Origin: an uncultured virus (IMG/VR IMGVR_UViG_3300007963_000001)
Lineage: Duplodnaviria; Heunggongvirae; Uroviricota; Caudoviricetes
Reading direction: 5' to 3' (one strand)
DNA: 64,000 bases
IMG/VR virus record: IMGVR_UViG_3300007963_000001
Under the pieces are notes generated by a model that was not told the DNA's origin, did not search any database, and saw nothing but the letters and a program-made list of their open reading frames with translations. Each line of letters opens with the position of its first letter. The first letter of the stretch is position 1. The position numbers were made by a program, and so were the translations under genes. Positions 18,423 to 29,230 of the stretch are shown here, in pieces.

Positions 18423-19444
18423 ACTGTTATCCTCCTTAGAAATGTCTTGACCGTCAGCAGGTCATCCTGTGAAATCGAACACCAATAAATCGCTTCTCCG
18501 ATGTGCTTGTAAATCGCCCTTCGGAGTTTGTTGGGAACATTGGAATCGTTCTGAACTAAGGAATGAAATGCATCCAAAATCTCAACACCATTCATGCCCT
18601 TCTCGCCCATCATTTCAATCATGGAATCGAGTCGTCTGTGAGCCTTGAGATATTGGGCATCGCCAACATCATGCTTGTTGGATTCGATAGCCAATCCCAG
18701 CAGTTGCTTGAGTCCAGTTTCAGAAATCTCATTGGTCAATTCACGAACATCCTCGACCTCGACCCTGACTGGAATCCGAGTTGCTGAAAATAGCAGATTC
18801 AATGCGGAGCGCATTGAGCCGTTAGAAGCCTCTCCTACGGCCTTCAACGCATCCGGTGCTATATCGAGTCCTTCTTGCTCAACGATGGCCTTGAGAGCCT
18901 CGCAAATGGCCTCAGAAGGTATAGGTCTGAACCTTGAGCCTGAGAAAGCGCATCTATCCCTGATTGGTGCTATCACTTTGTTTGGATAGTTGCATGAGAG
19001 GATGAATCTTGTTTGCTTGGAATACTTCTCCATTATCCTTCTCAAAGCAGATTGAGCATCGGGAGTTAGATTGTCGCATTCATCCAAGAAAACCACATTG
19101 AAAGGAATCAATAATTCCCTGCCATCAGATGTCTGAAAAGTTCCAATCGTTCCTCTCCGAGCGAAGTCCTTGACTGTCGTTCTGACGACATTGATACTTC
19201 GTTCATCGCTCGCATTCAACTCGATGAAATTGGCTTTCCAATCTTCACCGAACATCGACTTCATCAGAGCCACTGCCACCGATGTCTTTCCAGTTCCAGC
19301 ACGACCTGCAAACATCATGTGCGGGAATCCAGCATCATCACCATCCTGATGCAATCTCTCGACTACGAATCTGAGCCTCTCGACTATGTGTTCCTGACCT
19401 ACGATATCATCCAGTGATTCCGGTCTGTATTTCTCCGACCACAT
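18419..19444 (-). CDS. rfcS: Replication factor C small subunit
   Basis: [40 protein letters not shown]. Confidence 0.95.
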   Translation of the reverse strand: MWSEKYRPESLDDIVGQEHIVERLRFVVERLHQDGDDAGFPHMMFAGRAGTGKTSVAVALMKSMFGEDWKANFIELNASDERSINVVRTTVKDFARRGTIGTFQTSDGRELLIPFNVVFLDECDNLTPDAQSALRRIMEKYSKQTRFILSCNYPNKVIAPIRDRCAFSGSRFRPIPSEAICEALKAIVEQEGLDIAPDALKAVGEASNGSMRSALNLLFSATRIPVRVEVEDVRELTNEISETGLKQLLGLAIESNKHDVGDAQYLKAHRRLDSMIEMMGEKGMNGVEILDAFHSLVQNDSNVPNKLRRAIYKHIGEAIYWCSISQDDLLTVKTFLRRITV

Positions 19445-19483
19445 TGAGTTGACTGGGTTAATCCCACCCTTATGAGGACAGCC

Positions 19484-19972
19484 TCACTCGTTGATTACTT
19501 TCTCGACTACATCAAACAACTCTGATACGATGTCGAATGATTGGTAAATCTTGTCTGCCTTCTCCCTGATGATATGCTCAGGAACTACTCTTGGCCTGTT
19601 TGCATTTCGTGTGATTGATGTGTCGATTCCGACAGTCACGAAAACCAGTCGTGTTGTCATTCCAGCCGCCCTTGCTGACTCGACATATCGGATGACTTTC
19701 TTGGAGTTAGTTCCTGTTGAGTCATAGACTGTGTTTGTTGGGTTGGAGAACGCCTCTTGCATCTGTGTTTCTGCAACTGCCTTTGACCAGTCGTGAATTG
19801 TCTGTGGGTTTAGTGGGTCGTAGTCAGGGTGAGTTTCCTTGATTGCATCACAGTCAACGAATGAGTGAGTGTCTGTGTATCGACCCTCTGCGACCCATGA
19901 CTTTCCAGCCGCAGGTAGCCCCATCATGACGACTAATTCGGGGGTCGCCGTGTTGTTCCCGTTGCAGTGCAT
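19484..19972 (-). CDS. P-loop kinase (AAA_33/zeta-toxin/PNK-like)
   Basis: GLPAAGKS, VYDSTG, RNANRPRVVP lid. Confidence 0.8.
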   Translation of the reverse strand: MHCNGNNTATPELVVMMGLPAAGKSWVAEGRYTDTHSFVDCDAIKETHPDYDPLNPQTIHDWSKAVAETQMQEAFSNPTNTVYDSTGTNSKKVIRYVESARAAGMTTRLVFVTVGIDTSITRNANRPRVVPEHIIREKADKIYQSFDIVSELFDVVEKVINE

Positions 19973-20052
19973 GGCACTGCAAGGAAGGCGTTCCCTATAT
20001 CAATGTTTAGGCAATATCACTACTTTTGGATATCAAAATTGCATTTTCTGAC
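19962..20052 (-). promoter_or_regulatory. Class-I promoter with start-codon hairpin
   Basis: GTCAGAAAATGCAATTTTGATA + ATTGATATAGGG + TTGCAGTGC-CAT-GCACTGCAA. Confidence 0.8.
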
Positions 20053-20915
20053 TACGCCGACACTCCGCTTTCATCCCGCAGAACTGAGAGGATTCTCTTG
20101 GCCGTGTCGAGTCCGATACCTTCGATTGACGAAAGTTCTTCGGGATTGGTCTGAGCGAGAGAAAGAATCGTTGGATATTTCGCAACTATTCTTCGCCTCA
20201 ATTTCGCACCCACCTTTGGCAATCCTTCGACAAGTGCATTTCGATATTCAATCGGGGTTGGAGATTTGGGTCGAGGCACATACAATCTTGGGTTATCATC
20301 CTCGACCTTCTGAACTATCTTGTGAACGAGCAACGATGCATCATGTCTGTTGTCAATGAACACTGGTGGATATCCAACGGCACACAACGATGCAATGAAG
20401 CCGATGAGTGTCTGCTCACTCACACCTCTATCTCTCGCACCCAGCCTGATTGCATCGTATGATTTCGACACTATCAGATACGAGTATTCTGCTTCCTCTC
20501 TCATCGCCCCCAATTGCTTGAGCCTACGCCCATCAAAGAGTGAGGGGAGAAAGTCATCTTCCTTCCTTTCGATGCTGACCTTTCGTGTCGATACATCACC
20601 CTTCCCAGTATCAAGACTGACTATCTCAAACCCAAGTTCAGATAGGTAGGTCAACATCTCTCGGTGTTCTCTGTGGTCGACTCTCCTGTGTCGAGTATGG
20701 AGTTCATTCAGAATCATCTGATTGATGAGAGTTAAAATCTGATTTTTTTCAGGACTTTCTGAGAGAGATTGCGTGTCGGTTTCGACAAGTTCCACAGTCA
20801 GGAATCGAGAGAATCCGAGCAGTTGTCCAAGCGATGCTGAATCAAGAAACTCGATAAGGTCTGAACGATTGTCCAACAACCTGCCATATCTTGTCTTTCT
20901 TTGATTACCTTTCAT
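20052..20915 (-). CDS. ERCC4/XPF (Hef-like) endonuclease with HhH motifs
   Basis: VDHRE, GD...IERK..DDF, LPKVG, IEGIG. Confidence 0.9.
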   Translation of the reverse strand: MKGNQRKTRYGRLLDNRSDLIEFLDSASLGQLLGFSRFLTVELVETDTQSLSESPEKNQILTLINQMILNELHTRHRRVDHREHREMLTYLSELGFEIVSLDTGKGDVSTRKVSIERKEDDFLPSLFDGRRLKQLGAMREEAEYSYLIVSKSYDAIRLGARDRGVSEQTLIGFIASLCAVGYPPVFIDNRHDASLLVHKIVQKVEDDNPRLYVPRPKSPTPIEYRNALVEGLPKVGAKLRRRIVAKYPTILSLAQTNPEELSSIEGIGLDTAKRILSVLRDESGVSA

Positions 20916-22092
20916 CAGGTTTCGACCATTTGCGTTTAATCTGACGGGGTTGATAATCCATGCCCCCCATGTCCTTGTATCGAGGACAGATATCACCTAC
21001 GCAACAACCGTTGGCCTTGAGTGTCGTGCAGTTAGGAAAGATGTGATACTTCGGGTCATCGAAGATAGTGGACATTTGGTATAGTCGATGTTCGGTGTTG
21101 TGTAGGTCGACATAACCAATCTCAGTTCCCAGTTGCATCCACACATTCTCAAACTCTTGCAGACTCATCCCAAGCATCTTGGCGAACAGGGCAGAATACA
21201 CTCTCGGTTTGTGTGGCGGATTCCTTCTCTTGAGTTCATTCACGACACCCATACATCTGCGGTTGAGAGATGCAATAAATCGAGAAGCACTTCCATCAGA
21301 AGAAGCGATGTCGAACTCGACATTCACAACTGGTCTAAGTAGGGATTTGGGGGAATGTAATTTCACACCCAACTCATTCACGAAATCAATCAATCTGAGT
21401 TTCCTTCCTGTGATAGTTGGAAGATGATATTTGGGTCGATATGACATCTTCTCGATGTCCTCATGGGTCAAGGTATCGAGATGTTCCACATCGACTGGAA
21501 GCGCGTGTCTGCCTGTTGAGTTCCCATGCCTGTCGATGTGCTTGGAAAATGGGAATCGACAGAGCCTCTTTGGGTCGCCTGTTGTCTGCTCATCGAGCGT
21601 GTTCAGACCGAGTGTTCTGCGTAGGTGGTCTTGCGTCTGATGCACTATCTGTTTCAGGGCTTCTCCACTACCATCCTTGAAGTCAAATCTAAATCGGGTT
21701 GGTGCATGAATGATGAACAGATGATATCCTTTGCTTCCACTATATTGAACCCAGTGTGCCACATCCATCTCCCTCAGATATGAGGACAATCTTTGGGCAT
21801 CAGCGAATGCATTTTCAGGCTTGGTGGAATGGTCGAAATCGAAGAATGTAAGTTCGTAAATTATCTTCTTTGGACTCTGCTTTCCACCCACCTCATATTG
21901 GAGATTATCATACCCACCAGTGCTGATGAAACAGGACTTGTTTCCATTCCATTTGGAGTATGACCTGAACACATCTTCTGTCGCATAGACAAAGTTCTGT
22001 CGAGGATTCCCTATGGCTCTTGGAAAGTGATTGAATCCAAAGTGATTACACATCTCATCAATGCTCTCAACTCTGAGCAACGACATCGACAT
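20905..22092 (-). CDS. Archaeo-eukaryotic primase: PriS fused to a PriL-type Fe-S C-terminal domain
   Basis: FFDFD, SGSKGYH, RLCRFP; then RRC...HKPR...YHIFPNC...CC...C. Confidence 0.88.
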   Translation of the reverse strand: MSMSLLRVESIDEMCNHFGFNHFPRAIGNPRQNFVYATEDVFRSYSKWNGNKSCFISTGGYDNLQYEVGGKQSPKKIIYELTFFDFDHSTKPENAFADAQRLSSYLREMDVAHWVQYSGSKGYHLFIIHAPTRFRFDFKDGSGEALKQIVHQTQDHLRRTLGLNTLDEQTTGDPKRLCRFPFSKHIDRHGNSTGRHALPVDVEHLDTLTHEDIEKMSYRPKYHLPTITGRKLRLIDFVNELGVKLHSPKSLLRPVVNVEFDIASSDGSASRFIASLNRRCMGVVNELKRRNPPHKPRVYSALFAKMLGMSLQEFENVWMQLGTEIGYVDLHNTEHRLYQMSTIFDDPKYHIFPNCTTLKANGCCVGDICPRYKDMGGMDYQPRQIKRKWSKPDER

Positions 22093-22095
22093 TCC

Positions 22096-22320
22096 TCATT
22101 CATCATCAATGACCGAGCGAAGGTTCTGCAACGCATCTTGGATGTGAGTTTTTATTCGTGATTCGTAGGCATGAGAAACTGATTCGTCTGTGATTCCAGC
22201 ATAGGCACAAAGCAGGTCAACTGAAACTATCAATTTGAGCATCAAGATATCTTCCTCTTTCATACCCAACATCCTCTCCGCATTGGTCACATCGAATGTG
22301 TTTTGATTTGGGTCATACAT
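22096..22320 (-). CDS. Hypothetical protein
   Basis: 74-aa ORF tightly packed in the replication operon. Confidence 0.7.
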   Translation of the reverse strand: MYDPNQNTFDVTNAERMLGMKEEDILMLKLIVSVDLLCAYAGITDESVSHAYESRIKTHIQDALQNLRSVIDDE

Positions 22321-22324
22321 ACTC

Positions 22325-23122
22325 TCAAGCCTCCCTCAGAGTTTCTGCCACTACGACCATCGCATCTCCATTTTCTATTACGATAAATGGAACTTCCTTG
22401 TGCTTGTATATGATGAACGAATCATCATCACATCGAGCAAGAACAGAAGCCAATATCTCAGCCAAATGAATCTCAACTTTCTCCCCCTCAACTACGGCTT
22501 CAATTGGTGTTGATGATTGGTTGGTCTTAGAACCCCAATGACCTGCTTCACAAAGCGACTTCTTCTTATCGAAGTTGAAGGAAATATACGGAGTCTTGGC
22601 GACTTTCATATCGACAATTCCTTGTGATAATGAATCCCTTGTAATGGTGATTTTTGTGGTGGCAGTTTCGTTATCTTTCTGTGGGAATTGAATCCAACCC
22701 TTCTTGTCTTTGGGCATTAACCATCTATCGGGAACGATAGCACAATCATCCTCATCAGCAGGGTGAAAGACGGACTTAGAACCAGCCTTATTCTGAATGA
22801 CAATTGGTTTGTTGGCATCAGTTGATATCTGCACAACTTGATTACCAAACTTGGTGTTCAATAGGTCTGAGAAACCTTCGGGGTCAATAAGCAAAACACA
22901 TGGTTCTTTGACCTTCAAATCATCAACATCTGAATTAGTAATCAACAAGTTCATTGTATTGGAAATATCATGTGTCCATACACTCATTCCATCATCTGTG
23001 AGAAGCACCCGAACTGGGCTGGCTGGCTTATCCATTACAACTCTCTTGAGAGCCTTAGACAGAGATGATGCGCTCGCCCTTGCAACTACTTTCCTTGACA
23101 CGATACTGTTCGGTGTTATCAT
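22325..23122 (-). CDS. Divergent PCNA-like sliding clamp
   Basis: 265 aa; VLLTDDGMSVWTHDISNTMNL resembles the PCNA N-terminal strands; RFC and a PolB PIP box are present. Confidence 0.7.
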   Translation of the reverse strand: MITPNSIVSRKVVARASASSLSKALKRVVMDKPASPVRVLLTDDGMSVWTHDISNTMNLLITNSDVDDLKVKEPCVLLIDPEGFSDLLNTKFGNQVVQISTDANKPIVIQNKAGSKSVFHPADEDDCAIVPDRWLMPKDKKGWIQFPQKDNETATTKITITRDSLSQGIVDMKVAKTPYISFNFDKKKSLCEAGHWGSKTNQSSTPIEAVVEGEKVEIHLAEILASVLARCDDDSFIIYKHKEVPFIVIENGDAMVVVAETLREA

Positions 23123-23218
23123 ATCCTTCGACTGGTTATCCCACCCTTATGATAGAATCGAAAATGAGTATGTCGGTTGGTGAAGGAAAAGTTGTGTCAG
23201 TTTTGACAAAAAAATCTC

Positions 23219-23590
23219 TCAACGAGATTTCTTGCCTGTCGACTTCGACACATCATCGTAAGCATCTGAACGAGCCAGCCAAGTTTTCTGAGGATATTTT
23301 GTGCGACCATCAAGACCAGCAACTTTTGATTCTCCAGCACAGAAGAACAGATGTGGTTTCTTGGCGAGATGATTCGTCAATCTGTGTATTTCAAATGGTT
23401 GCTTGGGCAACTGCACAATCTCTCCAGTTGTGAGTGGTTCGCCGTCAGGATAGATAGCACCTGCGGCAATCAATGCCTTCCACAAACGCTTCACATTTCG
23501 ACCATCGGTTTTGCCCATTCGACCAAACTTACGAGTGCCGTATTTGGATGACGGAACTTCCCTATCTTTGGACTTCTCAGGCTTCCCCAT
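23219..23590 (-). CDS. Basic, possibly winged-helix DNA-binding protein
   Basis: K/R-rich; GEPLTTGEIV...RLTNHLAK. Confidence 0.6.
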   Translation of the reverse strand: MGKPEKSKDREVPSSKYGTRKFGRMGKTDGRNVKRLWKALIAAGAIYPDGEPLTTGEIVQLPKQPFEIHRLTNHLAKKPHLFFCAGESKVAGLDGRTKYPQKTWLARSDAYDDVSKSTGKKSR

Positions 23591-24782
23591 TGCTTCTTCG
23601 TCTTACATTCAATGTCCTGTAAGGTTTAGTAATAGCGGAACGCTTTACTTCTTCTGCAACTTTTTCAGGTAAAATCGGAAGAACACGGTCAACCGCCGCC
23701 TTGCTGACTGTTGCTACCTGACCGAAGGCAGTAGTGCCAATTATTCTCTGCACTTCTGATGGGATGAAAGTAGTTCTTTTCCGGTCATCAAACGACACTT
23801 TCCAGTTGTCGGTTTCGACACTCTCACTGTTGGTGTTGAAGTCGAACCACTCACTCTTAATTTGCTGTTCAATCTGAGCCTTCTTCTTGGTGAGTATTGA
23901 CTGCGCCGCTTTGACCGAAGCCAGTGTCGTGAGCATCTCATCCTTATCCAATAAAGTTGGGTCATCAGGCACTACCAAATCCCATGAGCCATTGAGTATC
24001 AACTCCTGTGCGGTTGGGCAGATGTCCACGAATGGACACCACTTGCATCCATTACCTATTGTTGGTGCTGGGTCAGTGATAGATTGAATCCATTCATACT
24101 TGCCTTTCAACCATCCCTTGAAGGACTCTATTTTCTCGTCAGTCCATACTGTTGTGACTGTTCCATAACGAAGTAAATCGAAGGTGAATCTGAGTGGTCT
24201 GTCAGGCCACAATTCTCTCGCTACTGTGAGATACATTCCAGCCTGAATATCGGAGTCTGCTTCCTCTTGTTTGATTGGCTTCCTCTGAGATTTGTAATCG
24301 AGTAATTCTATTGTGCCATCGGGGTGTTCCAACACCAAATCTATGAATCCAAATATGGGTGTTCCATTCGACAATTTGTATGGGGCTTTGTGATTTCCAA
24401 ATGCTTGCTCAACTGCAAGCACCTTGACCTTATCTGAACCCCTTTCCTCAAACCATCTTGCGAGCATCTGCTTCCCATCTTCATAGAGGTCAAAGTTGAT
24501 GTCATTCTTGACACACTCGGCATCATACAACTCAATCAATTTCTTGAATATGGGTCGCCTGACTTTTCCAGTTTTGGGGTTGGGTCTGCGCCATTCTTCT
24601 AACGCATTGTGGAGATTGTTTCCAAGCCTTGCCGCTTGCATATTATCTCGATGCTCATTCTTCCATCTGATAGTCCTAACATCTTGGTTAGGGGGGTCGT
24701 ATTTCTGTTGATACGAGAAGGGGCAATCCTGAGCCAATTTCAGTCGAGAGGCAGATAGGTAGGGAACTTTCATTTCAATCAC
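23577..24782 (-). CDS. PD-(D/E)xK exonuclease (RecB/AddB/Cas4-like, Fe-S)
   Basis: LSASRL...CP, GFIDLV, LDYKS, CKWCPFVDIC. Confidence 0.9.
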   Translation of the reverse strand: MIEMKVPYLSASRLKLAQDCPFSYQQKYDPPNQDVRTIRWKNEHRDNMQAARLGNNLHNALEEWRRPNPKTGKVRRPIFKKLIELYDAECVKNDINFDLYEDGKQMLARWFEERGSDKVKVLAVEQAFGNHKAPYKLSNGTPIFGFIDLVLEHPDGTIELLDYKSQRKPIKQEEADSDIQAGMYLTVARELWPDRPLRFTFDLLRYGTVTTVWTDEKIESFKGWLKGKYEWIQSITDPAPTIGNGCKWCPFVDICPTAQELILNGSWDLVVPDDPTLLDKDEMLTTLASVKAAQSILTKKKAQIEQQIKSEWFDFNTNSESVETDNWKVSFDDRKRTTFIPSEVQRIIGTTAFGQVATVSKAAVDRVLPILPEKVAEEVKRSAITKPYRTLNVRRRSNGEA

Positions 24783-24805
24783 TCAGAATGGCTACAAGAG
24801 GGTGT

Positions 24806-25705
24806 TTATGACCTATTGTCCTCAACTGCCTTCCAAAACTTCTCTTGGGTTGGTTTCATCAGTTGGAATGGTTGGCAATCTCGACTCTTTCTGACGATGG
24901 CAATGTGCCTCGTTTTGATTTCCTTCCCCTTCGCTCTTTGTTGCTGGTGGAACTCAATAATCCAATCGAAGATAGGGTCGGTCATATCTGCCCTACCTGC
25001 GGCAGTGACCACTCTCTTTTCATTGGCAGTTCCGTAGTTCTCTGTGTATTCCCTGAGAAGCACTGTTGAGATGAAATGATACTGGAACATCTCTGCCCCA
25101 ATCTTGAGCCTCTCGTATGGTGTGAAGAACAGTCTGTTGATGACCTTGTAGGAATGCATCTGACCCTCTTTGAAAGCAGGTAATGTTTTCTTTCCTTCTG
25201 AGATTGCCTGACTCTGCCTTTCCAACATCAAATCGGCTTCGCTCTTACCATGAACTTCCTGAGAATAGAAATCCCTGCAACTCACATAGAACGCCGCTTC
25301 ATTCTCACATATCATGACCCTGCAACCATTGGGATATTTCTCCTTGTGTTGCCTGTGTAGGTCGATGAAAGCCAACGATATTTCATTCACATCTGTTGGT
25401 GTTCGACAAACCTTTCTGATTAGTCGTGGTCGTAGTTCCTTTGGAAGAATATCTTCTCTCCTGACCAATGCAGTTTGACCTTCCAAATCACAATCTATGA
25501 TAGTGCATAATGTTTCTTCGGGCTTGAGTCCTTTGGCTTGGTGAGCGAAGAAAGTGATAGCAAAATGGCTCTTGCCGCCACCAGCAAATCCTTGCAACTT
25601 CATGTGCCTGAGTTGTGGTCTATCGGCCATCATCTCACCTGTATCACAGGAGTCGATGAGTTCCTCATATCGAACTGCCTTCTTTTTCGCCAACTCAATC
25701 ACCAA
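24806..25705 (-). CDS. RecA-like/AAA_24 (Sak4-like) ATPase
   Basis: GFAGGGKSH, IIDCD; lies between SSB and exonuclease. Confidence 0.7.
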   Translation of the reverse strand: MVIELAKKKAVRYEELIDSCDTGEMMADRPQLRHMKLQGFAGGGKSHFAITFFAHQAKGLKPEETLCTIIDCDLEGQTALVRREDILPKELRPRLIRKVCRTPTDVNEISLAFIDLHRQHKEKYPNGCRVMICENEAAFYVSCRDFYSQEVHGKSEADLMLERQSQAISEGKKTLPAFKEGQMHSYKVINRLFFTPYERLKIGAEMFQYHFISTVLLREYTENYGTANEKRVVTAAGRADMTDPIFDWIIEFHQQQRAKGKEIKTRHIAIVRKSRDCQPFQLMKPTQEKFWKAVEDNRS

Positions 25706-26880
25706 TCTTCCCAGTCATCATCGTCATCTTCGGATTCGGTAGTTGGTGTTTCTTGCGTATCGGCTTCGACAGTTTCTTCCTCAACTTCTGCTTCTTCTTC
25801 CTCGCCATCGTCAGCATCATCTGTTGCCTCAACAACATCTTCTGTGGAGTCGTCATCGTCATCGTCATCGTCATCCCCGATTGTCTTGATATCTGTCGTC
25901 TTGAAGTAGTCAGCCGCATCGTCATCGTCATCATCAGCAACAGAGGTTTCTGCGACTGGTGGTGCAACTGTGATTATACCGATTGCAGTTTCAACATTTG
26001 CAGACAATCCATACTCTCCATTGTCCTTCGTGGTGAGCAACGCAAGGATGCGGCTATACTTGCCGAATCTTGATGCGATGGATGTTGATGTGATACAATT
26101 GAGAAGCAGGTTTTCTCCACTCTCAATCGCTTCCATAGTCATCGTGGAATCATCCTTGAGAAGCATCTTCCCAAACTGTGAACCAGCCCTGCTATTCTGC
26201 ACACCCGCATACGATACAGTAGCCTCAACCAAACGGTAGTCAGTTGGACTTCTGCTGATGTCGTCATCTAAGTCTGCGATAGGTGAGATATCGAACATTG
26301 ATTTGAGCAGTTCCTTTCTGTCGGTGTGTTCGTATTCCTCAGTGTTGAATGATGTGATTCCTGATAATGGTCGTAGGTCAAGAACTTCTGCATCGAGATT
26401 GAGGCAAGACACACTCAACGAGTATGTTCCATCTGCCTCCACATCATCAGCGATAGCAGTATCTCCATCCCAAAGACTCATCCTGAAAAGTGCTGTGTCC
26501 ATCACGCTTCCATCTGTGTCCTCAACGATTGCTTGGCCTATCATGAAACACGCTGGTCGAGGGTTGCCCTTTGCAATCCCAACTGTCCTGTGAGATACCT
26601 CATACAAGTCGATGTGAGCAGTGTATCGCTTCTGTCGTAGGATGCTTGTCAAGTCAATGAGAACTGCGTCTGTGCAGAAGGATTGAGCGAGTTCTGATTT
26701 CATTCCACCGAGAGCATCAATTTGAGGCTTGTTGGTTGGGTCTTTTGCGAACTTCGCAAACATCTGAATCACAGTGGAATCATCAGTAAAGATTCCCTTT
26801 GAAATCCCACTCTCTATGAATGGGCGCAATCTCTTTTCAGCATACTTCGGCAGTTTCTTCGGTGTCGTTTTGGCAGACAT
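25699..26880 (-). CDS. Putative single-stranded DNA-binding protein (OB folds, acidic tail)
   Basis: FRMSLWD OB-like motif; long D/E tail ending DDDDDWEDW. Confidence 0.7.
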   Translation of the reverse strand: MSAKTTPKKLPKYAEKRLRPFIESGISKGIFTDDSTVIQMFAKFAKDPTNKPQIDALGGMKSELAQSFCTDAVLIDLTSILRQKRYTAHIDLYEVSHRTVGIAKGNPRPACFMIGQAIVEDTDGSVMDTALFRMSLWDGDTAIADDVEADGTYSLSVSCLNLDAEVLDLRPLSGITSFNTEEYEHTDRKELLKSMFDISPIADLDDDISRSPTDYRLVEATVSYAGVQNSRAGSQFGKMLLKDDSTMTMEAIESGENLLLNCITSTSIASRFGKYSRILALLTTKDNGEYGLSANVETAIGIITVAPPVAETSVADDDDDDAADYFKTTDIKTIGDDDDDDDDDSTEDVVEATDDADDGEEEEAEVEEETVEADTQETPTTESEDDDDDWEDW

Positions 26881-26923
26881 ATTTCTTATCCTGTTTTCCC
26901 ACCCTTATCAAAGGTAGGTGGGA

Positions 26924-28918
26924 TTAGAACCCATCTTCCAAATGGTGAGTTTCCATGAGAGCATCCCATACATCATTGTCATCTGCTTCGACATGAACCT
27001 TACTCGCTTCCCTGACCTTCTCCTTCATATCTCGGTGCTTCTCTAAGTCACTGGTTGCCTCTGCTTCTATCTCAGAATCCAACCATGCTTGGCCTGAGAA
27101 TAAGATGTCCTTCTGCTCTCCAGCACCTATCACTTTTGATAGCATCGAGTTGATGTTCTGAGGTCGGAAATAGGTAGGCAAGAACAGACTTCTCCATATC
27201 TGAGATTGCTTTTTGTTTTCACACCCGAATCCCTTCAAGGTCTGACCCTCTCCCTTCTCCAAGTTTCTAACAGATTCAGGTGCAGATAATGAGTTTATCA
27301 CATCCTTGTAATCAAAGATGATATCTGCCAAACTGTTCCTGATTCCTTCGACAAATAATGGGGTCAATGAATAGGTGTCCATCAGACCCTTTCGTGTCTT
27401 AACGATGCGGTATGTTTTCTTTCTTCCACCTCGACCCCCACCTCTCTTTGCAACTTCAATCAGACCTGAATCCTCAAGGGTTGGAAGATGCTTTTCTGTG
27501 AGTGCGTTTTTCGATAATGAGAATGCGTGTAGGTGAAGCCACTGGAGAATGTTGTCGATTGTCAATGCTCTATTGGAATCATCCATCTTAATCATCTGAG
27601 TGAATGTTGCCCATGAGTCATCAGGCACACCTGAAAGACTCGCTCTCAAAACAAGGTCAGCCAATATCAATCCGATGATGTTGTCCTCGATTGACGAGAG
27701 CAGAAACTCATCTCCATGCGTGTTGGTTTCGACAGGTCGTTGTTTCTGATTGAGAAGTGTGATTGAGTCGATAATCGAGAGAACTTTTCCAATATCCCTC
27801 TGATGTTGTGCGCTTCTTGCTGGGAAGAACTCAGCCATCTGTGGTGCGAATATATTCCGAACTCGATATTTCTTCAAAGAGAGCATTGATGCTTGCATCA
27901 AAGTTAGGTCTGTATGAACCTTGAATTGGTCAGGGTTTGCTTTGGCTATCAGACTGTTTCTAACTACCGCAGAAACCTTTCCAGCAGTGGTGTCAGGTGT
28001 CATCAGGAGAGTCCTTGTTATCTGTTCTTGCTCGGTTGGATTACGAGTTGTGAGAGTGATGAAAGATGGCTGTCCACGAATGATGAAATCTCTTGTTTCA
28101 ATCTCACCTGTTAGGTCGTTCTTGATTGGAGTTTTCCAAATCAATTCATCATCATCTCCCGACATCAGAGGTTTCATTTTTCTGACGAATGAATAAGAGT
28201 CATCCTTCTCCAAGACAATGATGCATTTGTTGTCGACATGGATGATGAAATTACCATCGTCATCAATCTCGTCATAATCGTATTTGAGAGCCTCCTTGCT
28301 CGCACCTGCAAGCACCATACACATTGACTTGGGAACACCGTTCCTCGCGGTCAGAACCATGTATGTTTTTCCAGCCGCAGATGTAGCGACCATTTCCAAG
28401 TTCAATGGGTTGTCAGTCTTGCAAGACATGATGACCAAGAAAGTCAGAATCAAATTGGCATCATCACCAATGAAAGGAGTATCTCTTGATTCGTGAAGAA
28501 TGTTGTTGATTTTGTCGAGCAGAAGTTCGTCAGATAGAAATGATTTCATCGTGTCGGAATCGACAACCCCCAGTGTTGAATCCTGTCCGAGATATTTGTC
28601 GATTTCAGGAACTTTCAGAACCTCCGGTGCTGGAGTGTATTTTGCATCTCTGATGATGACCCCGACTTGGAGTAATGTGTCCTTGAATATCTGCTTCTCT
28701 CCTTCGGCAACACCAGCAGAAGAAACGAACCGAGCAATGCTATGTTGAGATAACAAATTGACCTTTCCTTTTGGTGTTCCATCTATGTCTGTGGAGAAGT
28801 CAATTCTCCCCTTCTTTGAAGATAGAAAAGTCAAGACGATTTCTCGTTCTCCAATCTGAACTGTGAACTTACTTGCGCTCTCTGATGATTGGAATACTTC
28901 TATCGGGTCTGCCGTCAT
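26924..28918 (-). CDS. Putative replicative helicase (MCM-like AAA+) with C-terminal winged helix
   Basis: ATSAAGKT, IIVLEKD, FITLTT, EQITR; start 28918 inferred from promoter spacing. Confidence 0.7.
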   Translation of the reverse strand: MTADPIEVFQSSESASKFTVQIGEREIVLTFLSSKKGRIDFSTDIDGTPKGKVNLLSQHSIARFVSSAGVAEGEKQIFKDTLLQVGVIIRDAKYTPAPEVLKVPEIDKYLGQDSTLGVVDSDTMKSFLSDELLLDKINNILHESRDTPFIGDDANLILTFLVIMSCKTDNPLNLEMVATSAAGKTYMVLTARNGVPKSMCMVLAGASKEALKYDYDEIDDDGNFIIHVDNKCIIVLEKDDSYSFVRKMKPLMSGDDDELIWKTPIKNDLTGEIETRDFIIRGQPSFITLTTRNPTEQEQITRTLLMTPDTTAGKVSAVVRNSLIAKANPDQFKVHTDLTLMQASMLSLKKYRVRNIFAPQMAEFFPARSAQHQRDIGKVLSIIDSITLLNQKQRPVETNTHGDEFLLSSIEDNIIGLILADLVLRASLSGVPDDSWATFTQMIKMDDSNRALTIDNILQWLHLHAFSLSKNALTEKHLPTLEDSGLIEVAKRGGGRGGRKKTYRIVKTRKGLMDTYSLTPLFVEGIRNSLADIIFDYKDVINSLSAPESVRNLEKGEGQTLKGFGCENKKQSQIWRSLFLPTYFRPQNINSMLSKVIGAGEQKDILFSGQAWLDSEIEAEATSDLEKHRDMKEKVREASKVHVEADDNDVWDALMETHHLEDGF

Positions 28919-28945
28919 ATCGCTCATCAGATATTCCCACCCTTT

Positions 28946-29230
28946 TCAATCCTCGATATGAAGCCAAACTGTTTCCTGTGGTGGTGCGCCTATCATAGTC
29001 CAATACACACCACATCCTTCGTCACCACATATCACCACGAAGTTAGGCCAACGATTCAATGGCTCAAGTATCAACGCATCCATCTCAGCCTCTTGACCAC
29101 AATCAGGATTGGGGCATTTGTCTATGACTGCTATTCCATAGACAAGTGCTTGTCTTGATGGAGAACTCAAGTTGCGATTGTCGGGTGTGAGAACCTTCTT
29201 TGGGATTCGCTTCCCATCCAAGAATCTCAT
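28946..29230 (-). CDS. Small zinc-finger protein
   Basis: CPNPDC...CGDEGC. Confidence 0.7.
   Translation of the reverse strand: MRFLDGKRIPKKVLTPDNRNLSSPSRQALVYGIAVIDKCPNPDCGQEAEMDALILEPLNRWPNFVVICGDEGCGVYWTMIGAPPQETVWLHIED

Noticed and set aside
23577..24782. Cas4 of a CRISPR-Cas system
   Set aside because: No other cas genes or array; context is an SSB/ATPase recombination module
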